Source of the DNA: Escherichia coli
GTDB taxonomy: Bacteria > Pseudomonadota > Gammaproteobacteria > Enterobacterales > Enterobacteriaceae
Assembly (NCBI RefSeq): GCF_003018115.1
Contig: NZ_CP027457.1
Reading direction: 5' to 3' (one strand)
DNA length: 64,000 bases
Each line of letters opens with the position of its first letter. The first letter of the stretch is position 1. A model generated the notes under the pieces. That model was not told the origin of the DNA. It did not search any database and saw only the letters and a program-made list of their open reading frames with translations. Positions 32,883 to 45,322 of the stretch are shown here, one piece after another. The position numbers and the translations under genes were made by a program.

Positions 32883-33619
32883 ATGAAACTTTCACTCTCA
32901 CCTCCCCCTTATGCTGATGCACCCGTAGTGGTGTTGATTTCGGGTCTTGGCGGTAGCGGCAGTTACTGGTTACCGCAACTGGCGGTGCTGGAGCAGGAGT
33001 ATCAGGTAGTCTGTTACGACCAGCGCGGCACCGGCAATAATCCCGACACACTGGCAGAAGATTACAGTATCGCCCAGATGGCAGCGGAACTGCATCAGGC
33101 GCTGGTAGCCGCAGGGATTGAGCATTACGCAGTGGTCGGCCATGCGCTCGGTGCGCTGGTGGGAATGCAGCTGGCGCTGGATTATCCCGCGTCGGTAACT
33201 GTGCTGGTCTGCGTTAACGGCTGGCTACGAATAAACGCCCATACGCGCCGCTGTTTTCAGGTTCGCGAACGATTACTGTATAGCGGTGGCGCGCAGGCAT
33301 GGGTGGAAGCGCAGCCGTTGTTCCTCTATCCCGCCGACTGGATGGCGGCCCGCGCACCTCGCCTTGAGGCAGAAGACGCGCTGACTTTAGTCACCATGCG
33401 GATCGCATCCGCTGCCCGGTGCAAATCATCTGCGCCAGTGATGATCTGCTGGTGCCATCAGCATGTTCCAGTGAACTTCATGCCGCCCTGCCCGATAGCC
33501 AGAAAATGGTGATGCGCTATGGCGGACACGCCTGCAACGTGACCGATCCCGAAACGTTTAATGCTCTGTTACTCAACGGGCTTGCCAGCCTGTTACATCA
33601 CCGTGAAGCCGCCCTGTAA
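32883..33619 (+). pseudogene. rutD: rutD (alpha/beta hydrolase) disrupted by an internal frameshift near 33380
   Basis: N-terminal part ([14 protein letters not shown]...VVGHALG...EAEDAL) is in frame 0 and the conserved C-terminal part ([26 protein letters not shown]...HHREAAL) is in frame 2, ending just before rutE. Confidence 0.7.
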
Positions 33620-33628
33620 GGAATTGCT

Positions 33629-34219
33629 ATGAACGAAGCCGTTAGCCCAGGTGCGCTTAGCACCCTGTTCACCGATGCCCGCACTCACAACGGCTGGCGG
33701 GAGACACCCGTCAGCGATGAGACGTTACGGGAGCTTTATGCCCTGATGAAATGGGGGCCGACATCAGCTAACTGTTCTCCGGCACGTATCGTGTTTATCC
33801 GCACTGCAGAAGGAAAAGAACGTCTGCGCCCGGCGCTTTCCAGCGGCAATCTGCAAAAAACCCTGACCGCGCCCGTCACCGCTATCGTCGCATGGGACAG
33901 TGAATTTTATGAACGGTTACCGCAACTGTTTCCTCACGGCGATGCCCGCAGTTGGTTTACCTCCAGCCCACAACTTGCCGAAGAAACAGCGTTTCGCAAC
34001 AGTTCCATGCAGGCGGCTTATCTTATCATCGCCTGCCGTGCGCTGGGACTGGATACCGGCCCGATGTCGGGTTTTGACCGTCAACACGTTGACGACGCCT
34101 TTTTTGCGGGCAGCACGCTGAAGAGCAATCTGCTGATTAATATCGGCTATGGCGATAGCAGCAAACTTTTTGCGCGCCTGCCACGTCTGTCCTTTGAAGA
34201 AGCCTGCGGGCTGTTGTAA
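33629..34219 (+). CDS. rutE: RutE, nitroreductase-like malonic semialdehyde reductase
   Basis: 196-aa ORF. Confidence 0.9.
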   Translation: MNEAVSPGALSTLFTDARTHNGWRETPVSDETLRELYALMKWGPTSANCSPARIVFIRTAEGKERLRPALSSGNLQKTLTAPVTAIVAWDSEFYERLPQLFPHGDARSWFTSSPQLAEETAFRNSSMQAAYLIIACRALGLDTGPMSGFDRQHVDDAFFAGSTLKSNLLINIGYGDSSKLFARLPRLSFEEACGLL

Positions 34220-34229
34220 GGAGCAAACC

Positions 34230-34724
34230 ATGAACATTGTCGATCAACAAACCTTTCGCGATGCGATGTCCTGTATGGGCGCGGCAGTCAATATCATCAC
34301 CACGGATGGTCCAGCCGGGCGCGCCGGGTTCACCGCCAGCGCGGTCTGCAGCGTGACCGACACGCCGCCTACATTACTGGTGTGCCTGAATCGTGGGGCG
34401 TCCGTCTGGCCGGTATTCAATGAAAATCGAACGCTGTGTGTAAATACACTGAGCGCCGGGCAGGAGCCGCTTTCAAATCTTTTTGGCGGCAAAACGCCCA
34501 TGGAACACCGCTTTGCCGCCGCCCGCTGGCAGACGGGTGTGACCGGATGCCCGCAACTGGAAGAGGCTCTGGTTTCGTTTGACTGCCGTATCAGCCAGGT
34601 GGTGAGCGTCGGCACCCACGACATTCTGTTTTGCGCCATCGAAGCGATTCATCGTCACGCCACACCCTACGGGCTGGTGTGGTTCGATCGCAGTTATCAC
34701 GCGCTGATGCGCCCTGCTTGTTAA
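34230..34724 (+). CDS. rutF: RutF, flavin reductase
   Basis: 164-aa protein starting [14 protein letters not shown]. Confidence 0.9.
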
Positions 34725-34744
34725 CCTCCTTAAGGAGACAGCTG

Positions 34745-36073
34745 ATGGCAATGTTCGGTCTTCCTCACTGGCAGTTAAAATCGACCTCTACAGAGAGCGG
34801 CGTGGTCGCGCCGGATGAACGATTGCCGTTTGCTCAGACGGCAATAATGGGCGTTCAACACGCGGTGGCGATGTTTGGCGCGACGGTGTTAATGCCGATT
34901 CTGATGGGGCTGGATCCCAATCTTTCCATTTTGATGTCGGGGATCGGCACGTTACTGTTTTTCTTTATTACCGGCGGGCGCGTTCCCAGTTATCTCGGTT
35001 CCAGCGCGGCTTTTGTCGGCGTGGTGATCGCCGCAACGGGCTTTAACGGTCATGGCATTAACCCGAATATCAGCATCGCGCTGGGCGGGATTATCGCCTG
35101 TGGGCTGGTTTATACCGTCATTGGCCTGGTGGTGGTGAAAATCGGCACGCGCTGGATTGAACGTCTGATGCCGCCCGTAGTGACGGGCGCGGTGGTGATG
35201 GCGATTGGCCTGAACTTAGCGCCTATCGCAGTGAAAAGTGTATCGGCTTCGGCCTTTGATAGCTGGATGGCGGTAATGACGGTGCTGTGTATTGGGCTGG
35301 TGGCGGTGTTTACCCGTGGCATGATCCAGCGGTTATTGATTCTTGTAGGATTAATTGTCGCCTGTCTGCTGTATGGCGTGATGACCAATGTTTTAGGGCT
35401 GGGGAAAGCCGTCGATTTTACTCTCGTCAGCCATGCTGCCTGGTTCGGTCTGCCACATTTTTCCACTCCTGCTTTTAATGGTCAGGCAATGATGCTGATT
35501 GCGCCCGTGGCGGTGATTCTGGTGGCGGAAAACTTAGGTCATCTCAAGGCGGTCGCCGGGATGACCGGACGCAATATGGATCCGTATATGGGACGGGCAT
35601 TCGTCGGTGATGGGCTGGCGACGATGCTTTCTGGTTCTGTCGGTGGCAGCGGCGTAACCACCTACGCCGAGAATATCGGTGTAATGGCCGTGACAAAAGT
35701 CTACTCGACGCTGGTGTTTGTTGCTGCTGCCGTCATCGCCATGCTGTTGGGCTTTTCACCGAAATTTGGCGCGCTGATTCATACCATTCCGGCCGCGGTG
35801 ATTGGTGGTGCATCAATTGTTGTGTTCGGGCTGATTGCAGTCGCAGGCGCAAGGATATGGGTACAAAACCGTGTCGATTTAAGCCAGAACGGTAATTTGA
35901 TTATGGTCGCAGTAACCTTAGTGCTGGGCGCGGGTGATTTTGCTCTCACGCTGGGCGGTTTTACGTTGGGAGGGATCGGTACAGCCACCTTTGGCGCGAT
36001 TTTGCTCAATGCGTTGTTAAGTAGAAGGTTGGTTGACGTTCCACCGCCAGAAGTTGTTCATCAGGAGCCATAA
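34745..36073 (+). CDS. rutG: RutG, pyrimidine permease (NCS2 family)
   Basis: 442-aa membrane protein starting MAMFGLPHWQLKS. Confidence 0.9.
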   Translation: MAMFGLPHWQLKSTSTESGVVAPDERLPFAQTAIMGVQHAVAMFGATVLMPILMGLDPNLSILMSGIGTLLFFFITGGRVPSYLGSSAAFVGVVIAATGFNGHGINPNISIALGGIIACGLVYTVIGLVVVKIGTRWIERLMPPVVTGAVVMAIGLNLAPIAVKSVSASAFDSWMAVMTVLCIGLVAVFTRGMIQRLLILVGLIVACLLYGVMTNVLGLGKAVDFTLVSHAAWFGLPHFSTPAFNGQAMMLIAPVAVILVAENLGHLKAVAGMTGRNMDPYMGRAFVGDGLATMLSGSVGGSGVTTYAENIGVMAVTKVYSTLVFVAAAVIAMLLGFSPKFGALIHTIPAAVIGGASIVVFGLIAVAGARIWVQNRVDLSQNGNLIMVAVTLVLGAGDFALTLGGFTLGGIGTATFGAILLNALLSRRLVDVPPPEVVHQEP

Positions 36074-36132
36074 ACAGAAAACCGCCGGGGTTACCCGGCG
36101 GTGCAGATTGTTGACAACGTACGCATTGTTCA

Positions 36133-36231
<99 letters not shown>

Positions 36232-36330
36232 AAGCTTACATTTGTCATCAGTATCAACCACCGGGTAACCGGCGGTGATGGCTTTTTGACGAGCTACAGA
36301 CAAAAATGCATTCGTCATTGATTAGCCCGG

Positions 36331-36504
36331 CTAGTTGTCGCTTTTGCCGTGACTGCTCTTGCCACCTTTTTTACCTGCTTCAGATGCGCGCTGCGGGTCA
36401 TTCTTGAAATTACCCCCGCTGTGCTGTCCACCTTTTTTACCTGCTTCTGATGCTCTTTCGCGGTCTTCTGCAAAATTGCCGGAACCGCCTCGATGGTTTG
36501 CCAT
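36331..36504 (-). CDS. ymdF: YmdF, KGG-repeat stress-induced protein
   Basis: 57-aa protein MANHRGGSGNFAEDRERASEAGKKGG... Confidence 0.8.
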   Translation of the reverse strand: MANHRGGSGNFAEDRERASEAGKKGGQHSGGNFKNDPQRASEAGKKGGKSSHGKSDN

Positions 36505-36858
36505 TACTGACCTCCGTCTGGGTATAGACATCATATTGCATAGAATTAACGCGGCGTATGGCGGCTGCCATATTTTCGCTACGTGGGACTAAGCTTAGTG
36601 AACTGACGCGGGCAGACCCGCGTTTAGTAATATCCTGCAACAGCTTCTTAGCGAGAATAGATATCATCTCCAATAATTATCCATAAGCCGCTCTTATGAT
36701 TAAAAAAACGCGATGAGATAAAAATGTGTCATTTTGCGACAAAATTACGTGCTTGTGAAAGTTGTTATAAATCAAATAAGTGGTTGTGAAATTTGCACTC
36801 TGAAAAGGACGTCTTATCTTTAAATAAGTGGTAGCGAATCGCTACGGAATAGAGATAA

Positions 36859-37473
<615 letters not shown>

Positions 37474-37493
37474 TCTTCAACAGGAGGATACGC

Positions 37494-37721
37494 ATGCCAA
37501 CTCAAGAAGCGAAAGCTCATCACGTCGGTGAATGGGCATCTCTGCGCAATACGTCGCCGGAAATAGCTGAGGCCATTTTCGAAGTCGCCGGGTACGACGA
37601 AAAAATGGCGGAAAAGATTTGGGAAGAAGGTAGTGATGAAGTGTTAGTCAAAGCCTTTGCTAAGACCGATAAAGATTCGCTTTTTTGGGGCGAACAGACC
37701 ATCGAACGTAAAAACGTTTAA
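37494..37721 (+). CDS. yccJ: YccJ, small protein of unknown function
   Basis: 75-aa ORF immediately downstream of wrbA. Confidence 0.85.
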
Positions 37722-37758
37722 CCAGCGACTCCCCCGTTTCTCACGGGGGAGTTTTCTG

Positions 37759-39000
37759 TTATTTCACCGCTTCATTCAACACGCTATCAAACTTATCCAT
37801 CGGGCAGAAACCGTTGGCATCTATCGGGCAACCGCTTAATTCCAGCGTCACGCGCTGCGCAGGTGCCTGCAGGGTTAACACATCGGCATTACGTAACTGT
37901 TCCGCACTCTGGTACACATACTCGATTTTCATCAAATCGCGATTGGCTTTGCTGTCATGCCAACGCTGAAAAACGATTTTGCCGCCAATCGGCGTGCGTT
38001 CGTTCTGGTCATGCAACTGATACGGTTTGAAATCCAGCGCCGTTAACAGAGAGGCTATGTTGGAGTCGTGCCCAACCAGCACTGTGATTTTCGGCGCACT
38101 GGTGCGATCGGTGACCAGAGCTTTGTCGATATAACTGACCAGCGGTTTCGCAACATTGCGCGCCACTTCCGGAGAGGTAAACAGGCTGTCCTGGTAACCG
38201 TTTTTCAGCTTCGACAACACCTTCCACTGCTGGTCAGATTTGATTTCTCCCCAGGCCACCTGATCCATCGGAAAACCTTCGTAGTATTGCAAAGTAAACG
38301 CATCTACCAGCGAGTTGCCGACTTTCAGCGGCCCGGAAACACCTGGTTCTTGTTGATACTTCGCGCTAAAGGTATTTTTGCCATCCACCAGCGAACACTG
38401 TTGTTTCTCTTTACAGGCAGGGGAATCTTTATAGTTAACGATTTTTTCCAGTAGCTGGTAGCTGTCGGTAAGCTGGAGTTTGCTGAGCTCTTTCTCCATT
38501 GCCGCCACCGCCTGTTCACTGAATGCGGCGGAATCATCGGTGATCACCGGATTAAAGGTTGGGTCCATGGTGCCCATTTTTTCCTGGTGATGCACAGGAA
38601 TATCACACCCCGGGAATGCGCCGGTAATAAAGAACTGTGCAGTCGCAACGGTACGTTGCAGACTATTGGCATAGGCATATACGGTGTCCGGCGGCGGGCA
38701 TTCCCCCGATTTTACCATCCCCTGCTCTGCCAGCCATTCACGCATGTAATGGCCCATATACACTTCGAGCACGCCACCTTTGGTGGTGAGTTGCCCACCG
38801 GGGACGTCCCATTCGGGCCATTTATTCGGCGTCGACTGCTCCAGCACACTGCCATTGTTCGCCAGCGGCGCACGTAAGTTATGGCGGCTCATCATGAGCA
38901 CTTGCTGTAGCTGATAGCCTTCCGGTACGGTTTGTGCCTGAGCATTTGAAGCGAGTAAAACTATCCCTGCCACAGTTGCGGTGATTAGCGTTTTGTTCAT
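37759..39000 (-). CDS. agp: Agp, periplasmic glucose-1-phosphatase
   Basis: 413-aa histidine acid phosphatase with signal peptide and RHNLRAP active-site motif. Confidence 0.9.
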   Translation of the reverse strand: MNKTLITATVAGIVLLASNAQAQTVPEGYQLQQVLMMSRHNLRAPLANNGSVLEQSTPNKWPEWDVPGGQLTTKGGVLEVYMGHYMREWLAEQGMVKSGECPPPDTVYAYANSLQRTVATAQFFITGAFPGCDIPVHHQEKMGTMDPTFNPVITDDSAAFSEQAVAAMEKELSKLQLTDSYQLLEKIVNYKDSPACKEKQQCSLVDGKNTFSAKYQQEPGVSGPLKVGNSLVDAFTLQYYEGFPMDQVAWGEIKSDQQWKVLSKLKNGYQDSLFTSPEVARNVAKPLVSYIDKALVTDRTSAPKITVLVGHDSNIASLLTALDFKPYQLHDQNERTPIGGKIVFQRWHDSKANRDLMKIEYVYQSAEQLRNADVLTLQAPAQRVTLELSGCPIDANGFCPMDKFDSVLNEAVK

Positions 39001-39292
39001 TCCTGGCACCTCTTTTGTTATCAATCACTAAAGAGTGTGACAGAAATATGACTTTTTTCCGGGAACAGGTTCGCAAAATGGCCTGTTGAACACCTGCTTT
39101 TCTATATACATCTTCAAAAACAGGCAAGGTTTGACGCAAACTATGCCTGAATAGCCCCTGCCTCGCGTACGCCGCTGATAATTGCACCTGTTGCTAAACA
39201 GAATATCTGCGGCGTTACCAATACAGAGACAATATTTAACAATAAAAAAGTGTGAGACTAATAACAATGGTTTTTAGCATATGCCTTTGCCA

Positions 39293-40543
39293 TTAAATTG
39301 CATAACGATTTAAATAGTCAAGTTGCGCATTCATTTCCTTATTGTTTAACTTGTAAGCCTGAGCAAAAAGTTCAGGAGGGAGGTAAACGTCATAATGATT
39401 GCCGGTGTTTATTAAATAACCATACTCAAGATCTTCATCTGTTGAAAAGTATTCATTCCCCAAGGAGAATGATGCCACATTACTATTAACAATAAATAAT
39501 GAGCAAATGCTATCTGAAAGAACAGCAAGAAAATTCTTCACCGTTTTAATCCTATCCGACGTGTCGGTATCTAAAGCAAGCAAATTCTTGTTATCATTAA
39601 ATATAAACTCGGGTAAATGCAGGATACATTTTTCTTTATTCAAGCAACTATCAATGAATTGTTTTTTAAAAAAAAGAAAGTTCCATGACATAAGACTACC
39701 CACACCCTGAATTTTTTTGTCAGATTGCAGATCAACGCCAAATAATGTCTTAACATCGTCCCTGAGATCACAAAATGCAGCATCAACAAGAGCCTCGATT
39801 GTTGGTTTATCAACAATTTTAATAAACTCTTCGTATACTTCCTTTTGCGTCTTATGACTGCCCAGCGCCCATGAATAATCATGTTGTTTTAAAACCAGTA
39901 TGGCTCTTAACAGACAATACCCATCGCCATCTACTGGAGCGTATTTTAATTCATAAGTTTTATTAATTTCACTCTGAATAAAAGATATATCAGACAAATC
40001 AATACCAGTATCTAAATCAGATATTCCCAGCGTATTTATCCATTCTGGCTGAACACTAATGTTTTCATCATCTAAACAATACTCAGAAAAAACATCATCA
40101 CACAAGCCTTCAATAAATTTTATAAAATTAAGCCAACAATAACCTTTAAAATCTGCGATAGTCTCTGAACTTCTGTCCGGCAATGATATAATAACAAGCT
40201 CTCTCTCTGGAAAATATTTTATAGTATATGTAAAACCTCCTGAAACTCCTGAATAAATTTGCGTATCTTTAGTATGCAATGTTTTCAAAAATGAAGATAA
40301 ATCATTATCATTTTGCATTTCATATAATTGTTTTTCTAGCGATTCACATTCCAGACATGGAATATCCTCTTCATTTACTTTACGTCTGAGTTCATTGTAC
40401 AACCGCATAAAACACACCAGTGTGTTTTCAAAAAGCGTGATTGAATATGTTTGATTTTTTTCGTACTCATTTTTTATATCGTTCCAGGCCTGTTTCAAAT
40501 AATTATTTGCAGTGCAACTAATTCCATGTATATTACTACCCAT
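39293..40543 (-). CDS. yccE: YccE, AT-rich uncharacterised protein
   Basis: 416-aa ORF at the conserved position between agp and cbpA. Confidence 0.8.
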   Translation of the reverse strand: MGSNIHGISCTANNYLKQAWNDIKNEYEKNQTYSITLFENTLVCFMRLYNELRRKVNEEDIPCLECESLEKQLYEMQNDNDLSSFLKTLHTKDTQIYSGVSGGFTYTIKYFPERELVIISLPDRSSETIADFKGYCWLNFIKFIEGLCDDVFSEYCLDDENISVQPEWINTLGISDLDTGIDLSDISFIQSEINKTYELKYAPVDGDGYCLLRAILVLKQHDYSWALGSHKTQKEVYEEFIKIVDKPTIEALVDAAFCDLRDDVKTLFGVDLQSDKKIQGVGSLMSWNFLFFKKQFIDSCLNKEKCILHLPEFIFNDNKNLLALDTDTSDRIKTVKNFLAVLSDSICSLFIVNSNVASFSLGNEYFSTDEDLEYGYLINTGNHYDVYLPPELFAQAYKLNNKEMNAQLDYLNRYAI

Positions 40544-40802
40544 ATATAGCGCCTATAAAATTTAATAAACAATGACGCCCTATTTAAACTTAAAGTGCCT
40601 GGTTCAACTATCAAAAATCGCTCACCCTTTTTCACCTGTTTAAAATATGTTCAGCACCCCACCTTTAGGCGACCTCCTCTACGCGATGATTTCAATAACA
40701 TATTCTGTGTTGGCATATGAAATTTTGAGGATTACCCTACACTTATAGGAGTTACCTTACAGGGGTTCCTTCAATTTGTGTTGATTTACGCGAGATAACG
40801 CT

Positions 40803-41723
40803 ATGGAATTAAAGGATTATTACGCCATCATGGGCGTGAAACCGACGGACGATCTCAAGACAATCAAGACCGCCTATCGTCGACTGGCCCGTAAATACCA
40901 TCCTGATGTCAGCAAAGAACCGGATGCCGAAGCCCGCTTCAAAGAGGTCGCTGAAGCCTGGGAAGTGTTAAGTGATGAACAACGTCGCGCTGAGTATGAT
41001 CAGATGTGGCAACATCGCAACGATCCGCAATTTAACCGTCAGTTCCACCATGGCGACGGTCAGAGTTTTAATGCCGAAGATTTTGACGATATCTTCTCGT
41101 CAATTTTCGGTCAGCATGCCCGCCAGAGCCGTCAACGCCCCGCCACACGCGGCCACGATATTGAAATCGAAGTGGCGGTATTCCTCGAAGAAACGCTTAC
41201 TGAGCATAAGCGTACCATCAGCTATAACCTGCCGGTTTATAACGCCTTTGGCATGATCGAACAGGAAATCCCGAAAACGCTGAATGTGAAGATCCCGGCA
41301 GGCGTCGGCAATGGTCAACGCATCCGCCTGAAAGGCCAGGGGACGCCGGGCGAAAACGGCGGTCCAAATGGCGATTTGTGGCTGGTGATTCATATTGCGC
41401 CACATCCGCTGTTTGATATTGTCGGCCAGGATCTGGAAATTGTGGTGCCGGTTAGCCCGTGGGAAGCGGCGCTGGGTGCTAAAGTCACCGTTCCAACACT
41501 GAAAGAAAGCATTTTGCTGACTATCCCGCCTGGCAGCCAGGCCGGGCAACGATTGCGCGTTAAAGGCAAAGGTCTGGTGAGCAAAAAACAGACCGGCGAT
41601 CTGTATGCGGTACTGAAAATCGTGATGCCGCCGAAACCGGATGAAAACACTGCCGCGCTGTGGCAGCAACTGGCAGACGCCCAGTCGTCTTTTGATCCAC
41701 GTAAAGATTGGGGGAAAGCATAA
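40803..41723 (+). CDS. cbpA: CbpA, curved-DNA-binding DnaJ homologue
   Basis: 306-aa ORF with J-domain (HPD motif). Confidence 0.9.
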
Positions 41724-42028
41724 TGGCTAATGTTACGGTGACTTTTACTATTACCGAATTTTGCCTGCATACCGGCATCTCTGAAGAGGAATTGAATGAA
41801 ATTGTCGGTTTGGGGGTGGTTGAACCGCGTGAGATCCAGGAAACAACCTGGGTATTTGACGACCATGCCGCCATTGTGGTGCAACGCGCGGTGCGCCTGC
41901 GTCATGAACTGGCTCTGGACTGGCCGGGGATCGCGGTGGCGCTGACGTTAATGGATGATATTGCGCACCTGAAGCAGGAAAACCGCCTGCTGCGCCAGCG
42001 GCTTTCCCGGTTTGTAGCTCATCCGTGA
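41723..42028 (+). CDS. cbpM: CbpM, modulator of CbpA
   Basis: 101-aa ORF starting [16 protein letters not shown] overlaps cbpA stop. Confidence 0.9.
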
Positions 42029-42037
42029 TGTGTGTTT

Positions 42038-42168
42038 GCCGGATGTGATGACGCATCTTAGCCTGCCTGCAAAGAGTACTTTTCCTGTGGGCCGGATAAG
42101 GCGTTCACGCCGCATCCGGCGGCGGTGCCCTAATGCCTGATGCGACGCTAAACGCGTCTTATCAGGCC
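42038..42168. repeat. REP/BIME cluster between cbpM and torD
   Basis: GCCGGATAAGGCGTTCACGCCGCATCCGGC and GCCTGATGCGACGCTAAACGCGTCTTATCAGGCC. Confidence 0.6.
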
Positions 42169-42179
42169 AACAAACGACG

Positions 42180-42779
42180 TTATCTGTTTTGGTGGTCGCC
42201 CTCAACTAACACCAGCAATAACTGGCTTAGTGCCGCGTAAAAACCAAAGCTGTCATACTGACGACAACGCGCAACAAACTCTGGTAACCATTGCCGCAGC
42301 GCCGTGAGTGTTTTTTGCCGTAAACTGTCGATTCTTCGCGCAGGAACCGTCCCCTCTCCCAGCGAAAAATGCAGATGACTCAACAACTCGAGATAGATCG
42401 CCAGATGATCTGCCGGTTCGTTGAAATTGCCGCTGGTTTCCATCCCTGCCTCAACTAACAAGCGTTTAATCTCTTGCTCGTCCTGTTTGTAGGCCGATGC
42501 ATATGGCAGCGCCGCTTGTTTGTCAGTCATCAGAAACAGGCCGCAAAAGTCAGCGGCCAGTTCCAGACGGGCATCGTCACGTACTGTCAGAGTGGCAACA
42601 CAGTTTTCCAGCTCATTCACCGCCGCAGTGAGCGGCGGTTCGCTTTTCAGCAACGAAAACCATTCAGCCATCTGCGCACTGGCGATTTGCGTCAGTTGTT
42701 CATCGTCCAGTTCACGGGAGAACAACTGCGCCAGCCAGGCGTAAACACAGGCAATCTGTTGTGCTGTCAGCGTGGTCAT
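42180..42779 (-). CDS. torD: TorD, TMAO reductase chaperone
   Basis: 199-aa protein starting [16 protein letters not shown]; overlaps torA stop by 4 nt. Confidence 0.9.
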   Translation of the reverse strand: MTTLTAQQIACVYAWLAQLFSRELDDEQLTQIASAQMAEWFSLLKSEPPLTAAVNELENCVATLTVRDDARLELAADFCGLFLMTDKQAALPYASAYKQDEQEIKRLLVEAGMETSGNFNEPADHLAIYLELLSHLHFSLGEGTVPARRIDSLRQKTLTALRQWLPEFVARCRQYDSFGFYAALSQLLLVLVEGDHQNR

Positions 42780-45322
42780 AATTTCACCTGCGACGCGGGA
42801 ACATATTCGCACTGCGCCACCATCTCCACGGGGCCGTTAAACGCCGTTACCTGCTCCACTGTTCCGTTGTACTTCTCAATTTCCACCAGCGTAGTGTGCG
42901 CACTGGTCGCCTGCGCCAGCTGCGAAGTACCGATGTCGATGGTCAACACGTTGGGGTTACCGTATTTGCACAGCGCACCAGGCTCGCCGCCTTTATCTGG
43001 ATCGTACCATGCCCCTTCGTGAATTCGCGCCACGCCGGGTGCATAGCGATCAGAAACGACTGCCCCTGCCAACACCTGACCGCGAGCGTTAAAGACGCGT
43101 ACCACATCACCGTTACGAATACCGCGCGCGCTGGCATCCTGCGGGTTAATGAACACTGGCTCTTTACCCGCTACCGTATATTGCTGACGCAGAGTTTCCG
43201 ACTCACATAACTGCGAGTGAAGTCGGAAATCCGGATGCACAGATTGCAGATGCAACGGATACGTCTGCGAGCCAGGCCCACCGTGGGAGCGTTCGATTTT
43301 CTCAAACCACATCGGATGCCCCTGACAATCGTCGTAGTTCATATCGGCGATGGTTTTCGAGTAGATCTCAATCAGGCCACTCGGCGTGCCCAACGGTTCG
43401 AGATCCGGATCTTCGCGGAATGCCTGGTGGCGAACAAACATCTGCGGATGGTCAAACTCGACGTACTCTTTGTTATTCCAGAAGTCATCAAACGCTGGCA
43501 AATGAACGCCGCGTCCTTTGCCTTGCTGAACACCTTCCTGCCAGATGCGTTTCAGCCAGCCCATTTCGTCCAGCCCTTCGGTAAAGGCTTCTTCGCGATT
43601 AAAGCGGCGGCACAGCTCGCGGAAAATATCAAAGTCGTTGCGCGCCTCGAACTGCGGCGGCACGACCTGTTTCATGGCGATAATGCCACGGTTGGAGTGG
43701 TTGCCGTACTGGTCGAGATCGTTACGCTCAAACTGCGTGGTCGCAGGCAGCACGATATCGGCAAAGCGGCAGGTTGAGGTCCACTGGTTATCTATGGCGA
43801 TAACCGTTTCCAGCTTGCGCCAGCCTTCAATAATGCGGTTGATCTGCTGATGGCGATGGAATGGGTTAGTTCCGGCAAAAATACACATTTTCAGCGGCGG
43901 CAGTTTTACCGATTTACCGTTCCAGTTGATCACTTTCCCCGGTTCGAGGATCGCATCGATAAAACGGGCAATCGGAATGGTGCTGCTGTAGCCTTTGTAA
44001 TCACTGTTGTCGTGAACAGGCGGAATCGACGTAGAGCCGGAGAAACCACTCAGAATAACGCCTTTACGCCCCGGCGTGCCTGCGCCGTTATAGTGCCAGC
44101 CAAAACCAAAGCCACCACCTGGCAGGCCAATTTGCCCCAACATCGCCGCCAGAACGACAATCATCCACGCCCACTGTTCACCGTGCTGCATACGCTGTAC
44201 GCACCAGCCAGCAATAATCTGCGTTCTGTTCGCCGCCATCTGCCGCGCCAGCCCACGAATGGTTTCGGCATCAATGCCGGTCAGTTTTTCAGCCCATGCA
44301 GCATCTTTCGGCTGACCGTCTTTCTCGCCCACCAGATACGGCAGGAACTGCTCAAAACCCACACAGTAGTTAGCGAGGAAGTTTTTATCGTACAGGTTTT
44401 CACTGTACAGCGTATGCGCCAGCGCCAGTTGCAGCGGCACGTCAGTTTGCGGGTTAACCGCAATGTGCTTCACATGCTCGCGCCCCAGATACTCATGGGT
44501 GGATGTAACAACCGGATCGATGCTAATGACCTCAATTTCACCGGCGGCGACTTTCGCTTTCAACTGCACGTAATATTCATAAACATCGTGATCCGGGCAC
44601 CACCAGTTCGCTTGCTGGTTTTTCAGCAAATCGGAGCCCCACAGCACAATGGTTTTGCTGTTCTGCAATACCAGCGGCCAGGAGGTTTGCTGTTCATACA
44701 CTTCCATCGAACCGACCACGCGCGGCAGGATCACCTGCGCAGCACCGGTAGAGTAATCCCCACCCGTACCAACGCTATTACCATGCAAGGCAATAGCTTT
44801 CGCCAGCATCCCCGAAGCGTTATGGAACATCCCCGTCGATTGCCAACCGCTGGCGGTCAGCAAGGCACTCGGCCCGTGAGTTTTCTGTACGCGCTCCAGT
44901 TCTTCATAGAACATGTCGAGGGCTTCATCCCAGCTCACGCGCGCAAAACGGTTATCGCCGCGCTGGGAGGTGTCGCTCAGATGGCGCTTACGCAGCCAGT
45001 CCACGCGTACCATCGGATAACGAATACGCGCCGCGTTGTGTACGTGGTCCGGCAATCCGGCGATCATTTTCGACGGATATTTATCCAGTTCGAACGGTTT
45101 TGCCGCCACAAAGCGACCATCCTTCACCGTCGCGCGGATAGCCCCCCAGTGCGACCCGGTAAGAATGCCCTCTTTCGAGATGACAGCCTCAGTCGCCGCT
45201 TGCGCCGCAGTCGCACGGCGCGGCGTTAACAATGACGGCCCCAGCATCCCGGCGACAGTTAAGCCGCCGAGTTGTGCCAGAAAACGCCGACGTGATGCCT
45301 GAAAGAGATCGTTATTGTTCAT
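42776..45322 (-). CDS. torA: TorA, trimethylamine-N-oxide reductase (molybdoenzyme)
   Basis: 848-aa ORF with Tat signal [11 protein letters not shown]. Confidence 0.9.
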   Translation of the reverse strand: MNNNDLFQASRRRFLAQLGGLTVAGMLGPSLLTPRRATAAQAATEAVISKEGILTGSHWGAIRATVKDGRFVAAKPFELDKYPSKMIAGLPDHVHNAARIRYPMVRVDWLRKRHLSDTSQRGDNRFARVSWDEALDMFYEELERVQKTHGPSALLTASGWQSTGMFHNASGMLAKAIALHGNSVGTGGDYSTGAAQVILPRVVGSMEVYEQQTSWPLVLQNSKTIVLWGSDLLKNQQANWWCPDHDVYEYYVQLKAKVAAGEIEVISIDPVVTSTHEYLGREHVKHIAVNPQTDVPLQLALAHTLYSENLYDKNFLANYCVGFEQFLPYLVGEKDGQPKDAAWAEKLTGIDAETIRGLARQMAANRTQIIAGWCVQRMQHGEQWAWMIVVLAAMLGQIGLPGGGFGFGWHYNGAGTPGRKGVILSGFSGSTSIPPVHDNSDYKGYSSTIPIARFIDAILEPGKVINWNGKSVKLPPLKMCIFAGTNPFHRHQQINRIIEGWRKLETVIAIDNQWTSTCRFADIVLPATTQFERNDLDQYGNHSNRGIIAMKQVVPPQFEARNDFDIFRELCRRFNREEAFTEGLDEMGWLKRIWQEGVQQGKGRGVHLPAFDDFWNNKEYVEFDHPQMFVRHQAFREDPDLEPLGTPSGLIEIYSKTIADMNYDDCQGHPMWFEKIERSHGGPGSQTYPLHLQSVHPDFRLHSQLCESETLRQQYTVAGKEPVFINPQDASARGIRNGDVVRVFNARGQVLAGAVVSDRYAPGVARIHEGAWYDPDKGGEPGALCKYGNPNVLTIDIGTSQLAQATSAHTTLVEIEKYNGTVEQVTAFNGPVEMVAQCEYVPASQVKL

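Noticed and set aside
43850-45229. 459-aa plus-strand ORF
   Set aside because: Lies entirely antisense to torA, whose minus-strand product is unmistakable; Arg/Pro/Gln-rich low-complexity translation typical of spurious antisense frames in GC-rich genes
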